DNA of 64,000 bases from an uncultured Desulfosarcina sp. (lineage in GTDB: Bacteria; Desulfobacterota; Desulfobacteria; Desulfobacterales; Desulfosarcinaceae): the NCBI GenBank assembly GCA_963674945.2, contig CAXXWQ010000001.1:64001-128000 (forward strand), given 5' to 3'. Below the pieces are notes generated by a model, which was not told the origin of the DNA, ran no database searches, and worked only from the letters and a program-made list of their open reading frames with translations. Position numbers and translations under genes: made by a program. Positions 30,586-40,783 of this stretch are shown here, piece by piece (position 1 is the stretch's first letter; the number at the start of each line of letters is the position of its first letter).

Positions 30586-31209
30586 TCAAGGTGAATCCTG
30601 AATCACCCATCGCTGCAGATCGCTGTTGACCCACTGCCACAGATGGATATTGCGATCCTCACCGGAACCGCTCAAATACATGTCGTCTTCGGCGCAACGC
30701 AATTGAAAGCAGGGGCCATCGGGTATCAGTTCCCATCTGGTAATCACTGTTACTGCATCATAGTCTTCCATCGTTGCATATATACGGTTTGTGATTGGAT
30801 TCGCAGCAATATCCCGGAAACGATAGGTATCTTCTTTTACTGGAATTTCCGTAACAACAGTGTTGCTGACGCCATCGATTACGGAGATGATATGATGCCT
30901 ATTGTGTGTAACGTAGATGCGGTTTGTATTGGGGTTCGCGCCGATGCCGGCCGGCCAGACACTTACGGGAACATCGGCGATTACAGTGTTGCTGTCCCCA
31001 TCGATAACGTAAACCGAGTCTGTGTCAAATCTGAACCTGCTGGCTACATAGATCCTGTTTGTGTCGGGGGTAACGCTGATACCTTGGACAGAAAACCCCA
31101 CAGGAATGATGTTCATAATTGCGTATTTCGCATGTGCAACGCAACTGAAGCAGAAAACAAGCAAAAATAGTAGTATCGGCTCCGGTATTTTTTTAAATTC
31201 GAAAACCAT
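30586..31209 (-). CDS. Secreted YVTN/YncE beta-propeller fragment fused to a ricin-B-like tail (possibly a deletion product)
   Basis: Signal peptide (AHA), three NPxTNRIYV-type repeats, tail IHLWQWVNSDLQRWVI. Confidence 0.55.
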   Translation of the reverse strand: MVFEFKKIPEPILLFLLVFCFSCVAHAKYAIMNIIPVGFSVQGISVTPDTNRIYVASRFRFDTDSVYVIDGDSNTVIADVPVSVWPAGIGANPNTNRIYVTHNRHHIISVIDGVSNTVVTEIPVKEDTYRFRDIAANPITNRIYATMEDYDAVTVITRWELIPDGPCFQLRCAEDDMYLSGSGEDRNIHLWQWVNSDLQRWVIQDSP

Positions 31210-31656
31210 GATTTCACCTTTGTTACGTATCATTTTTTACGAAAAAATTTGAATCAAAGCGAAGGTGCCCCTGAAGGGTGTTGCCCCTCAAAGGCATTCA
31301 CATCGGCATTTTGAGAAATCCCTTTTTCATTACCTTCTCCACCAAGGATGATCGTTGGTGGTGCAACGAATGAAGGCGGTATGTCAGGATATCTTCTACT
31401 TCAGGTAGGGATAGAGGCGTAAATCGTTCTGCAAATCGTGCAAATGATGGAAGCGTAAGGAACCTTGTCGTTGAACGTCGGGTTCGTAAACTTAGCCGTC
31501 CAATATCGAAAGAATAGATCTGCCTTCATGTCATGTCAACCGATACAAGACGATGGCTCACGCAAAGGTGCAAAGGGGTTTTCAATACTGTTTTTTTCTT
31601 AGCGGTACGACATCCGATCCAATCTGTTTTCACAATAAATACAAATAAATAAGATG

Positions 31657-31686
31657 TTGACAGACTCGCTGTTATCGGTATATTCT
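31657..31686 (+). promoter_or_regulatory. Candidate sigma70 promoter
   Basis: TTGACA-N18-TATTCT upstream of the 1066-aa regulator. Confidence 0.5.
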
Positions 31687-31859
31687 GGTAAATAGATCGT
31701 TTTTCCGGCTCTACATCCTAACTGCATGTCTCCTCTGCTGTAAGTATTGCGTTTCGTTCCTCTTCCATTAATACATCAACTTGCCTTCTTTCTGACCGGT
31801 ATTGGCATTGGCGTCATCGGTAAAATTGTCCGCTTACACCATAGCATCGGGACGGCAGA

Positions 31860-34800
31860 ATGAAGACAAGATCTCCAACCACTGCCAAAATAACCCGTCC
31901 TATTCCCACGGGGGGTTATCCCAGGAAACGCCTGTTTGCTCTGCTGGATCGCAAACAACAGTATCCGGTTATCTGGATTTCAGGTCCTCCCGGTTGCGGC
32001 AAGACGACGCTGGTGAGCAGCTACCTGGAAACGAAAGGATCGCCTTGCCTGTGGTATCAGGCAGATGAAGGCGATGCCGACCCGGCAACTTTTTTTTACT
32101 ATCTGGGACGCGCTGCAAAAAATGCCACCCCACGGAAACGAAAACCGCTGCCACTTCTAACACCGGAATACCTGTCCGGCTTGCCAACCTTCACCCTGCG
32201 ATATTTTGAAAACCTTTTCCATCGTTTAGAGGCGCCCTCTTTTCTTGTTTTTGACAATTACCAGGATGTGCCGGTCGCGTCACCGTTTCACGAAGCGATT
32301 CGCAACGGGCTTTCCAATATCCCTGCCGGTATCCATGTGATTCTGATCAGCAGGAGCGGGCCTCCCCCGGTTTTAATTCACATGCAGGCCAATAACCTGC
32401 TGGAAATGATCGGATGGGAGGACCTTCGTTTGACCCTGGAAGAGTCGAGTGACATCGTCAAACTTCAGGCACGGCATGAAGTGTCGGCAAGAGATACAAA
32501 GTATTTGCACACCATCACCGATGGATGGGTGGCCGGCCTGGTGCTGATGATAAAGACCGCAGAGGTGGAAAAGATTGACCCGCGCAAGTTCCATACGGTT
32601 CCAACGGAACGGATTTTCGACTACTTTACCGGTGAGATTTTTGACAAGGCCGATGGGAAGATCCAGACATTTTTGCTCAAGACCGCCTTTTTGCCCAAAA
32701 TGACAGCAAGCATGGCAGACAAACTAACGGGTATTGAATCTGCACATCGCATCCTCTCTCAATTGAATCGTAAGAACTACTTCACCGAAAGGCATTTTCA
32801 CAGAAGCCCTGCCTTTGAATATCATCCTTTGTTCCGAGAGTTTCTCCTGTCCCGTGCAGAGCAGACATTTTCCCCGGAATATCTTTCGGATTTGCGCCGG
32901 CGAGCAGCCGTCATCCTCGAGGGAGCCAGCCAGACAGAGGACGCCATCGATCTCCTGCGTGACGCCGGTGACTGGGAGAAGATGGTCGCATTGATCGTAA
33001 AACATGCACCGACAATGCTGGCGCAGGGCAGAAATCTTTTTCTGCAGCAACGGCTGTCCAAGATACCAAAAGATATTATCGAGAGTACTCCCTGGCTTCT
33101 TTATTGGATGGGTTGTTGCCGCCTTCCCTTTGATCCTTCGAAGAGTTTCCACTTTTTCGAGAGTGCTTTTAAATTGTTCAGAAAGCAAAAGGATGCAGCC
33201 GGAACCTTTCTGTCCTGGTCGTGGGGCGTCGATTCATTGTTTTTCTCCTGGAAATTCAGAGAGCTCGATAAATGGCTTCAAGTACTCGAAGAGATTTTGC
33301 AAACCTTCGAGAAGTATCCATCCAAAAAGATAGAAGGACGGGTGGCATCAAGTATGGTTCAGGCCCTGTGCATCAGACAGCCGCAGCGTCCCGATGTGGA
33401 TTTTTGGACGAAACGAGCGCTTTCATTGGGACGGGACAATAAGGACATAGAAGCCCGGGTGCGAACCTTAAGCGATGCTGCAATGTGTGCGTTTTTCAAA
33501 GGGGGGCTTCCGAAAGCAGTATCTTTTATTGCGTCCCTGAAGGAGCTGACAACGTCCTCGAATGTTTCTCATTTGGGTCAGATCGGCGCAAGGGTGGTAG
33601 AATCGAGCTGTTATCTGTTTACCAGTTCATTCAGAAATGGTAAGAAATCCGTATCCGAAGGCCTGAAATTATCCCAAACAACCGGCGTTCACATTATGGA
33701 TTTTATTTTGTTGGGAATTTCAGCCGAAATCGCCCTGGAAACAGATGACCTGAAGGCCGCCGGCAATGAACTTGAAAAAATGTCTTCTCTTTTGGACGAA
33801 GCCGCACCATTTCTGAAGTCCGGCTACCATTACGATAGAAGCAGGGAAGCCCTCATTCAGAACGATCTCACCCTTGCCGCGTATCATGCGAGGTTGGCCT
33901 CGGATCTGGCCGGAAAGACCGGACGCGGTGTTAACATGGGACTGTGCTGGCTAAGGGAAGCGACGATTCTGTACCGGTCGGGTAAGTATGAGCAAGGTAT
34001 CCGGCTTCAAAAAAATGCACTGGCGATTGCACGCCGCTCAAAAAGCAGAATTGTTGAAAGCAAGGCGTTGTTGACCGGAGCCTATTTCGTCCTGGACCGG
34101 GGAGATGAAACATCGGGTTTGGCGTTGCTTCGCGAGGCATTGGTCATGGCCAGAGAGCTGCGGTATTATTTCAGTCCCGATGATGACGCGGCCCTGACAG
34201 AACGACTCTGCACCATGGCCCTGGAAGCCGGCATCGAGGTTGACCATGTGCAAACGGTCATCCGAAAACGAAACCTTGTCCCGCATGATCCGCCCCTTCA
34301 TCTGGATAATTGGCCCTGGGCGATACAGATCTACACCCTGGGCCGGTTTGATATGGTGATCGATGGAAAAGCGTTTCCATTTCTCAGGAAAACCCAGAAG
34401 AAACCCCTTGAAATGCTCAAACTCATCGTCTCCTTTGGAGACGGACAGGAGGTCGGCAAGTCCCAATTGAGCGACATACTCTGGCCGAATGCGGATGGGG
34501 ACAACGCACAGCGATCCTTTGACACGACACTTTACCGTCTTCGCCAACTTTTGGGTCATGATACGGTGATTCATCTCCGGGAGGGCAGATTGTCCATCGA
34601 CCAGCGTTACTGCTGGGTGGACAGCATGGCTTTTGAACGCATCCTGAAACTGGCTGAAGCATACGCTGAAAAAGAAGACAGAAAAAACACCGTCCAATCA
34701 CTCGAGAAAGCCGTTTCACTTTACAGGGGCCCTTTTCTTGCCGGAGAAACGGATGCGCCATGGGCCATGTCCTATAACGATCGTTTGCGGAGTAAATTCT

Positions 34801-35060
34801 TGCGCTGCATCGAAAAGCTTGGAAATTACCTGGAAGAATCGGGTGCTTTGGATAGGGCGGTTGAATTTTTCCAGAAAGCCATTGAGGTAGACGATGTGGC
34901 CGAGATGTTTTACCGGCGTCTGATGATTTGCCTGAAGCAACTGGGACGCAAGACCGATGCGATGTCTGTCTATCAACGCTGCGAAAGAACACTTTCATCC
35001 AACCTTGAACTCGAACCTTCCCCTGAGACCATAGCAGTAAAGGAGTCTCTGTACGAATAA
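31860..35060 (+). CDS. MalT-like STAND ATPase / TPR / wHTH-BTAD transcriptional regulator
   Basis: GPPGCGKTT, FDNYQ, TDGWVAGL, FEYHPLFREFL; C-terminal IYTLGRF, LWPNAD, LYRLRQLLG, WVD, LYRGPFL, LELEPSPET. Confidence 0.88.
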   Translation: MKTRSPTTAKITRPIPTGGYPRKRLFALLDRKQQYPVIWISGPPGCGKTTLVSSYLETKGSPCLWYQADEGDADPATFFYYLGRAAKNATPRKRKPLPLLTPEYLSGLPTFTLRYFENLFHRLEAPSFLVFDNYQDVPVASPFHEAIRNGLSNIPAGIHVILISRSGPPPVLIHMQANNLLEMIGWEDLRLTLEESSDIVKLQARHEVSARDTKYLHTITDGWVAGLVLMIKTAEVEKIDPRKFHTVPTERIFDYFTGEIFDKADGKIQTFLLKTAFLPKMTASMADKLTGIESAHRILSQLNRKNYFTERHFHRSPAFEYHPLFREFLLSRAEQTFSPEYLSDLRRRAAVILEGASQTEDAIDLLRDAGDWEKMVALIVKHAPTMLAQGRNLFLQQRLSKIPKDIIESTPWLLYWMGCCRLPFDPSKSFHFFESAFKLFRKQKDAAGTFLSWSWGVDSLFFSWKFRELDKWLQVLEEILQTFEKYPSKKIEGRVASSMVQALCIRQPQRPDVDFWTKRALSLGRDNKDIEARVRTLSDAAMCAFFKGGLPKAVSFIASLKELTTSSNVSHLGQIGARVVESSCYLFTSSFRNGKKSVSEGLKLSQTTGVHIMDFILLGISAEIALETDDLKAAGNELEKMSSLLDEAAPFLKSGYHYDRSREALIQNDLTLAAYHARLASDLAGKTGRGVNMGLCWLREATILYRSGKYEQGIRLQKNALAIARRSKSRIVESKALLTGAYFVLDRGDETSGLALLREALVMARELRYYFSPDDDAALTERLCTMALEAGIEVDHVQTVIRKRNLVPHDPPLHLDNWPWAIQIYTLGRFDMVIDGKAFPFLRKTQKKPLEMLKLIVSFGDGQEVGKSQLSDILWPNADGDNAQRSFDTTLYRLRQLLGHDTVIHLREGRLSIDQRYCWVDSMAFERILKLAEAYAEKEDRKNTVQSLEKAVSLYRGPFLAGETDAPWAMSYNDRLRSKFLRCIEKLGNYLEESGALDRAVEFFQKAIEVDDVAEMFYRRLMICLKQLGRKTDAMSVYQRCERTLSSNLELEPSPETIAVKESLYE

Positions 35061-35099
35061 TCACATCGGCCCCATTTTTTTTCAATTTTTTTCCAATTC

Positions 35100-35117
35100 G
35101 TAAGTTATCTGTAAGTT
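35100..35117 (+). promoter_or_regulatory. 11-bp-spaced direct repeat, candidate site for the BTAD regulator
   Basis: gtaagtt at 35100 and 35111. Confidence 0.35.
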
Positions 35118-35587
35118 CCCATGTGTTATCTGCCGATAATATTCGTATCTTTTATTGTGACATGAATCACCTCTAATTTGTGGCGCAGATTACATCAGAC
35201 ATCTTTTGAACCGGATATGACAACAATACGGGTTCATCATTCAGGCACCGTCTGAAAACCCTGCACGCACAATAGACGATGAGCCGTGATTGTCGATCAT
35301 CAATTCACCTGCGGCGCCAATTTTCTTTCCTGCATGGACGGATAAAGCGAAAACCTGCAATCGAGCATATCCAGCGAATTTGAAAAACAATCAGTTGCGG
35401 TAAACGAAAGCCTCCTTCGTGCTCCCTGCCCGTAAACCGGGGGAGTGCCGCGCTTTGGGGGCGACCGGGTCGGAAGAAGCGGCATGTTCAGTATCTTTCG
35501 ACGATATCCATCGGTCATCCCGAATAAAAGGGCGATGATCGAAAGAATGGCGATGGATCAAACGTATTATGAAAAGGAGATTGCACC

Positions 35588-35896
35588 ATGAAAAAAAACC
35601 TTGACGTCATCGTTGCCATATTGACGCTGATATTCCTCGGTATGGCATTTTCGGCCTATGTGTTTGTCGAACCCGTAACGACGATTACACTTGTCGTTGG
35701 CGGTGTCTTATTGGCCATTGTGGCGCTGTACGGCGTTTTAATCAGCATTGCGGAACTGAAGCAAGGGCGTGAGGTGCAGCCGGTACAAACTGTGCGGATC
35801 CGGGATCAAAAAGAGACCCCGGCCAAAACGATGGTCTGGGAAGAGAAGGTTACGGCAGAGGAAACGCAGGAAGGTTTCGGCCTGTCGGCTTGCTGA
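35588..35896 (+). CDS. Small hypothetical membrane protein (two TM helices)
   Basis: AAGGAG RBS, hydrophobic N-terminal half. Confidence 0.65.
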   Translation: MKKNLDVIVAILTLIFLGMAFSAYVFVEPVTTITLVVGGVLLAIVALYGVLISIAELKQGREVQPVQTVRIRDQKETPAKTMVWEEKVTAEETQEGFGLSAC

Positions 35897-36583
35897 CAGT
35901 GCCATGGCATCGAATATCCATGGACAGGGGAAGTGCGGTCCGGTTTTAAGATTGTACTTCCAAGATGACGACGCATGAAAAAAGGCAAGGCCAGAAAATG
36001 ACCCTGCCTTGCTGTCGAATTATAGTTCCTGTTAGGAAGTTAATAGGGGCCTTTAATCACCACCGGCACGTTCTTGTGATGTCTGGCCGCCGCCATCGCT
36101 ACCTGTCGATCCCTGGCCTTTGTCTCCGCAGTTTTTATCTCCCCCTGCAAACGCCAGGGACGAAAACAGAAGCATAAAAGCCAATACAAACCCCATGACT
36201 CTCTTCATAGCAATCCCCTTTCTGGTTCATTGATCTTCGTCCATGAAAGACAGGAAAAATTGTAACCACTGCAATGAAATTGTCAAGATTCAACCGGCAG
36301 AGAACGAGACGAAAAACATGCTCATGCGTTGCCGTTCATCCCGTTTTTTGATCGTCCGGCGCGTTGGACGACGATGTGATTTAGAGCATGTGTTCCGTTT
36401 TGGTTAAAATCTCATCATAGAACTCAGCGGTCCCTGGGCGAACCCCATGCTCAGCAGCTGGGCGTTGAGATTCTGTGGGTCAAGCTTGGCTGCCGAATTC
36501 ATCGTCGCCGCCCTCCTGCCATTGGGCAGCCCGCCTTTGTGCATATCCTTCCCCTTGGGAATGCAATCTGCATTCCCGGCTCT

Positions 36584-36862
36584 CTCGGATTCGACGTCGC
36601 GGCCAGAATCGGTTTCAACATTTTGCCCGGCAAAGTAGATGACGTCGCACGCAAACTCGCATCATTCAACATGTTGCATTTCCATGCCATAAGGGTGTGA
36701 CGGTATGATATCCTGGTCGGTGTACACTTACCGGATCTCCATGCACTTTCCGATTTCATCAGGGACATACTGGATAACATTCCGGAAATAACCAACAGCG
36801 AAAATATGATTTGCCTGGATATCGTAAAAAATCCCTTCGAGCTTGTCACAGCCGTTAATTGA
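36584..36862 (+). pseudogene. Lrp/AsnC ligand-binding-domain remnant
   Basis: LGFDVAARIGFNILPGKVDDVARKLASF...V*RYDILV...; TGA at 36698 where GRYD is expected; no HTH or start seen. Confidence 0.65.
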
Positions 36863-37127
36863 TCAGAACGGATGTCGGCAGGCGAAAATCGGGACAGGCC
36901 CGCACCAACCGATCGACAGGTTCCGGATTACACACCCGGTTTCCTGTGATCGCACACAGGCTCTCCTATTATTCCGGCATGGTCGGTCCCGTTGGTGATA
37001 TTCATCACCTGGCGATTGGGGTTTCTTTTTTTTTATTGCTCTGATACCCACAGATATCTTCATAGATACGGAAATTTCGTTTGTAATTTTTGCAGCCAAA
37101 GACCAATGAAGAGGGAACAGACGATCG

Positions 37128-37994
37128 ATGAAAAAATTGCGTTATCACAATGTCATTTCATCCATTTTTTGGAATCTGTTGCTTTTGTCGGCCGGCTCCA
37201 TACTTTTCGGCTTCGGTCTCAAATCCATCGCGATTCCCCACGGCTTCATCACCGGCGGTATATCCGGGCTATCCCTGTTGATATTTTATGTCAGTGGAAT
37301 CCTATCGCCGGGAGTATGGTATCTGGTCGTCAACATTCCCATTTTTATCGTCGGGTGGGTTCATGTCAGCCGACGGTTTTTCTTTTACAGCCTGTTCGGC
37401 ATGGCAGCCATGTCATCGGCAATCGATCTTATCCAAATACGGTTTCCCGTTCATGAGCCGATGCTGGCCGTCCTTGCGGGCGGTGTTCTCATGGGGGCCG
37501 GATCAGGCATTATTCTTCACTCACTGGGATCGGCAGGAGGATTGGATATTATCGGCGTCGTACTCAATCAGAAGTACAGCGTCCGGCTGGGCACATTCTT
37601 TTTTACCTTCAATGTAGTACTCTTTCTGTCGAGCTTTGCCGCATTGGAGGCGGATCTCGTTCTTTACTCGTTGTTCATGAGCTTTATCTCATCTCAGACT
37701 CTTGACTACGTTCTCTCTTTTTCCAACCAGCGCAAACTGATATTTATCATATCCGACCACACCGACCGGATTGCCAAAACGATTCTTTCACGTCTCGGTC
37801 GCGGGGTTACCTTCTTAAACGGCGTCGGGGCCTATACCGGCACGGAGAAAAAAATCATTCTCACCGTCGTCCACAATTACCAGCTGAAACGACTGGAGGA
37901 GGCTGCGCTGGCAGTCGATCCGGAGGCGTTTGTTATCGTAGAAAACACGCTCAACGTTCTTGGAAAGGGGTTCGCCAAACGGAAAATCTATTAA
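37128..37994 (+). CDS. YitT-family membrane protein
   Basis: GFITGGISG, NIPIF, GSAGGLDII, LGRGVTFL, VDPEAFVIV. Confidence 0.9.
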   Translation: MKKLRYHNVISSIFWNLLLLSAGSILFGFGLKSIAIPHGFITGGISGLSLLIFYVSGILSPGVWYLVVNIPIFIVGWVHVSRRFFFYSLFGMAAMSSAIDLIQIRFPVHEPMLAVLAGGVLMGAGSGIILHSLGSAGGLDIIGVVLNQKYSVRLGTFFFTFNVVLFLSSFAALEADLVLYSLFMSFISSQTLDYVLSFSNQRKLIFIISDHTDRIAKTILSRLGRGVTFLNGVGAYTGTEKKIILTVVHNYQLKRLEEAALAVDPEAFVIVENTLNVLGKGFAKRKIY

Positions 37995-38004
37995 GTCATC
38001 TCGT

Positions 38005-38637
38005 TCACTTTTCCGGTTGCAGAACCACCACTTCCATTTCCCCGGAAAGGGATTGCGCGAACAATGCTGCATCTTTTTCGCTGCCGACAATCGATCCGAA
38101 ATGCATGGGAATGACTGCGCGGGGCCTTATGGCACGGGCCGCCTGGATCGCTTCCTCGGCTGTCATGACATAGGTCCCGGACACCGGTAGCAGGGCGACA
38201 TCAACCTGGAAATCGTTCATCTCGGGAATAAAATCCGTGTCCCCCGCATGGTACACGCGCATTCCGTCGATTTCGACGATAAATCCCAGCCACCCTTTCG
38301 CCCTGGGATGAAATTTCTTATTGACATTATAGGCCGGCACGGCCGTGACCGTCACATCATCCATGGTCACGGCCTCACCAGGTGCGACGGTCCTCACGTC
38401 GCCCGAAAGTTTTTTCGCGGAATCCTTTTCCGTGATGATAATCGTGTCGTCGTTCTGAATGCGTGCGACGTCATCCGGTGAGCAATGATCATAGTGTTCG
38501 TGGCTGACCAGAATGATATCCGCTTTCCTGGTGGACGCGATCTGAAATGGATCAAAATAGATAGTTTTGGTGCCATCGATTCGAAATCCGTCATGTCCCA
38601 GCCACACGATGCTTTTTAAGAAATCATTTACTTCCAT
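38005..38637 (-). CDS. Metallo-beta-lactamase-fold hydrolase
   Basis: WLGHDGF, FDPF, SHEHYDH, YHAGDT, IPMHF; GGAGGAG RBS before 38637. Confidence 0.9.
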   Translation of the reverse strand: MEVNDFLKSIVWLGHDGFRIDGTKTIYFDPFQIASTRKADIILVSHEHYDHCSPDDVARIQNDDTIIITEKDSAKKLSGDVRTVAPGEAVTMDDVTVTAVPAYNVNKKFHPRAKGWLGFIVEIDGMRVYHAGDTDFIPEMNDFQVDVALLPVSGTYVMTAEEAIQAARAIRPRAVIPMHFGSIVGSEKDAALFAQSLSGEMEVVVLQPEK

Positions 38638-38678
38638 GTTTTCTCCTCCCGTTAAAAAGCGCTTTACAAAAATTTTCG

Positions 38679-38740
38679 AACGATGGAGCGAAGGGACATC
38701 AGATGCATTCTGGCTTCTGAATTCTGTTTTCTGACTCCTG
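38679..38740 (-). repeat. Heptamer array plus conserved core (half element)
   Basis: ttctggc-ttctgaa-ttctgtt-ttctgac (38708-38735); aacgatggagcgaag is the revcomp of 19577-19591. Confidence 0.7.
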
Positions 38741-38812
38741 TGGCGCCTACGGTGATCGCAGTCCATTTTCCCCTTTTGCAAGGAGTCCAAAGCCGGTCCT
38801 CTGGATCCGGTC

Positions 38813-40372
38813 TTACTCCGGATACCCGGTAATTTCCCTGATCTTTTCGTAAAGCGGTTTCAGTCGTTTATACATCTTTTTGTAAACCTGGCGATAAAGG
38901 GTATCATACCGCCGGTGATTGGCCACATCGGGTTCGAACATATCGCCCAGACGGGTCATGGCACGGATGGCGCCGGGAAAATCGGGGTGAAGCCCCAATC
39001 CCACCGCGGCATCGATGGCGGCACCCAGGCCGGAGGTTTCGAAGACGCGGGGCCTTGCCGTGGGCAGACCGAAAATGTCTGCCGTCAGTTGCATGGCGCT
39101 GTTGCTCTGGGAGCCCCCTCCCGATACGCGCAATTGGGTGATGCGCACCTTGCTTTTTCTCTCGATCTTCTCTTTACCTTCTCTCAGGGCATAGGCGATG
39201 CCTTCCAGGATGGAACGATACATGTGGGCCCGGGTATGAACGTCCCCGAAGCCGATGATGGCGCCTTTGGCCTCGGGTCCGGGTGATTTGAGTCCCGGTG
39301 TCCAGTAGGGCTGAAGCACGAGACCCATGGCACCGGGCGGGATTTTTTCCACCAGGGGTTCGAAGAGTGCTTCGGGTTCGAGTCCCAGGTTGGCGGCCGC
39401 TTCCTTTTCCGGATGACCGAATTGTTCCTTGAACCAATTGACCATCCAAAAACCCCGGTAAACCTGTATTTCCACGCTATGGTACCCGGGAATGGCCGAC
39501 GGATAGGCGGGCAGAAGCGATACCGGTTCGAAATATTTCTCGCTGTTGATGTTGATGGTGGCCGTGGTTCCGTAACTCAAACAGCCGACGGAGGGCGAAA
39601 GACTGCCATTGCCGATTACCTCACAGGCCTTGTCGGCCGCCGTGGCGATCAGGGGCAACCCTTTGGGGATGCCGGTTGCCTCGGCCGCCCGGCCGGTGAT
39701 TTCCCCCAACACCTGTCCCGGGGAAACCAGTTCGGGCAGCATGGATCGGGATATGGGAAGACAACGCCATTTCCAGTCTCTCTTGCCGGCCCAGCGAAGC
39801 CGTTTGTAGTCAAAGGGCAGGTAGCCCACCTGTGTCCCCACCGAATCCACGAACCGACCGGTGAACTGGTAGGTCAGGTATCCGGACAGCAGGAGAAACC
39901 GGTATGTATCTCTCCACACTTCGGGCTGATAGGTGGCGATCCACGAGGCCTCCGCCTCACGGCGAAGGTAATCGATGGTATCGGAAAGCCCCAACACGTT
40001 GAAAAGAAACCCCCACCCGCCGCCCAACGGTCTCAGCCCATGGGTCTTGCGCTGGTCGGGCCATACGATGGCGGGCCGTAAGGGGCGGCCTTTTTCATCC
40101 ACATTGACCACCGTTCCCCGCTGGGTGGTCAGGGCCACACCGGCGATGCGTGATCGATCCACCTCTCCTCGTTGCCACAGCCCCCGGCAGGCGTCGCAAC
40201 AGGCCCGCCAGAAGACCTCGGGGTTCTGCTCCGCCCATCCCGGTTTCCTGGAAAAATAGGGCTCGATGGGAATCTGGACCTTGTCCAGCAATCGACCCGC
40301 CGGATCGAAAACCAGTGCCCGTACGCTCAGGGTCCCATTGTCGATGGCCAAGATCAGATCTGGCTGATGCAT
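38813..40372 (-). CDS. FGGY-family carbohydrate kinase
   Basis: LAIDNGT, PGWAEQ, TTQRGT, SYGTT, ILEGIAY, VSGGGS, GLGAAI. Confidence 0.92.
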   Translation of the reverse strand: MHQPDLILAIDNGTLSVRALVFDPAGRLLDKVQIPIEPYFSRKPGWAEQNPEVFWRACCDACRGLWQRGEVDRSRIAGVALTTQRGTVVNVDEKGRPLRPAIVWPDQRKTHGLRPLGGGWGFLFNVLGLSDTIDYLRREAEASWIATYQPEVWRDTYRFLLLSGYLTYQFTGRFVDSVGTQVGYLPFDYKRLRWAGKRDWKWRCLPISRSMLPELVSPGQVLGEITGRAAEATGIPKGLPLIATAADKACEVIGNGSLSPSVGCLSYGTTATININSEKYFEPVSLLPAYPSAIPGYHSVEIQVYRGFWMVNWFKEQFGHPEKEAAANLGLEPEALFEPLVEKIPPGAMGLVLQPYWTPGLKSPGPEAKGAIIGFGDVHTRAHMYRSILEGIAYALREGKEKIERKSKVRITQLRVSGGGSQSNSAMQLTADIFGLPTARPRVFETSGLGAAIDAAVGLGLHPDFPGAIRAMTRLGDMFEPDVANHRRYDTLYRQVYKKMYKRLKPLYEKIREITGYPE

Positions 40373-40520
40373 ACCGCTTCCGTTTCCATTGGTTGAGAAT
40401 TCATCGGTTCATCTTACCGCCAATCGAACCCAATCTCAAGTTCGTCATTCGTCGCTGCCTTTCCATGCAAACCGGATCATTCAGCGGTGCGATGCCACTT
40501 CTGCTTCGGTCCCGGTTGGG

Positions 40521-40549
40521 CGAACAGCGACTTTTTGCGAAGCCGTCAA
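40521..40549. repeat. Family A end fragment
   Basis: cgaacagcgactttttgcgaagccgtcaa. Confidence 0.55.
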
Positions 40550-40644
40550 ACGTGAATGATGACAAAAGAACATGGATCATCGGTCATGTATTAAAATATA
40601 TTTTTAAATACAAATATTTATCTGTACAAATGAGGTCGCGGCGA

Positions 40645-40674
40645 TTGACAAGACGCATCCTGCCACGTTATTCT
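40645..40674 (+). promoter_or_regulatory. Candidate sigma70 promoter
   Basis: TTGACA-N18-TATTCT. Confidence 0.45.
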
Positions 40675-40783
40675 TTACCATTCGTATATCTTCTTCCCGT
40701 ATGACGCTGAGGGGGCAGTCAAGACCAGAACCAGATCACCTGCTACCGGATGTGCTCTGCCGCTGCATGGAATCGAGGGCCAT

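Noticed and set aside
35397..35451. Canonical c-di-GMP-I riboswitch
   Set aside because: GGTAAAC and AAAGCCTCC resemble it, but the GNRA-capped P2 and receptor are missing; kept only as an unassigned structure
36316..36391. Imperfect hairpin acatgctc...gagcatgt as a MITE
   Set aside because: Single copy, short IR, none of the four boxes
36698..36700. In-frame TGA as selenocysteine
   Set aside because: Aligns with a conserved Gly rather than Cys, and the gene is otherwise truncated
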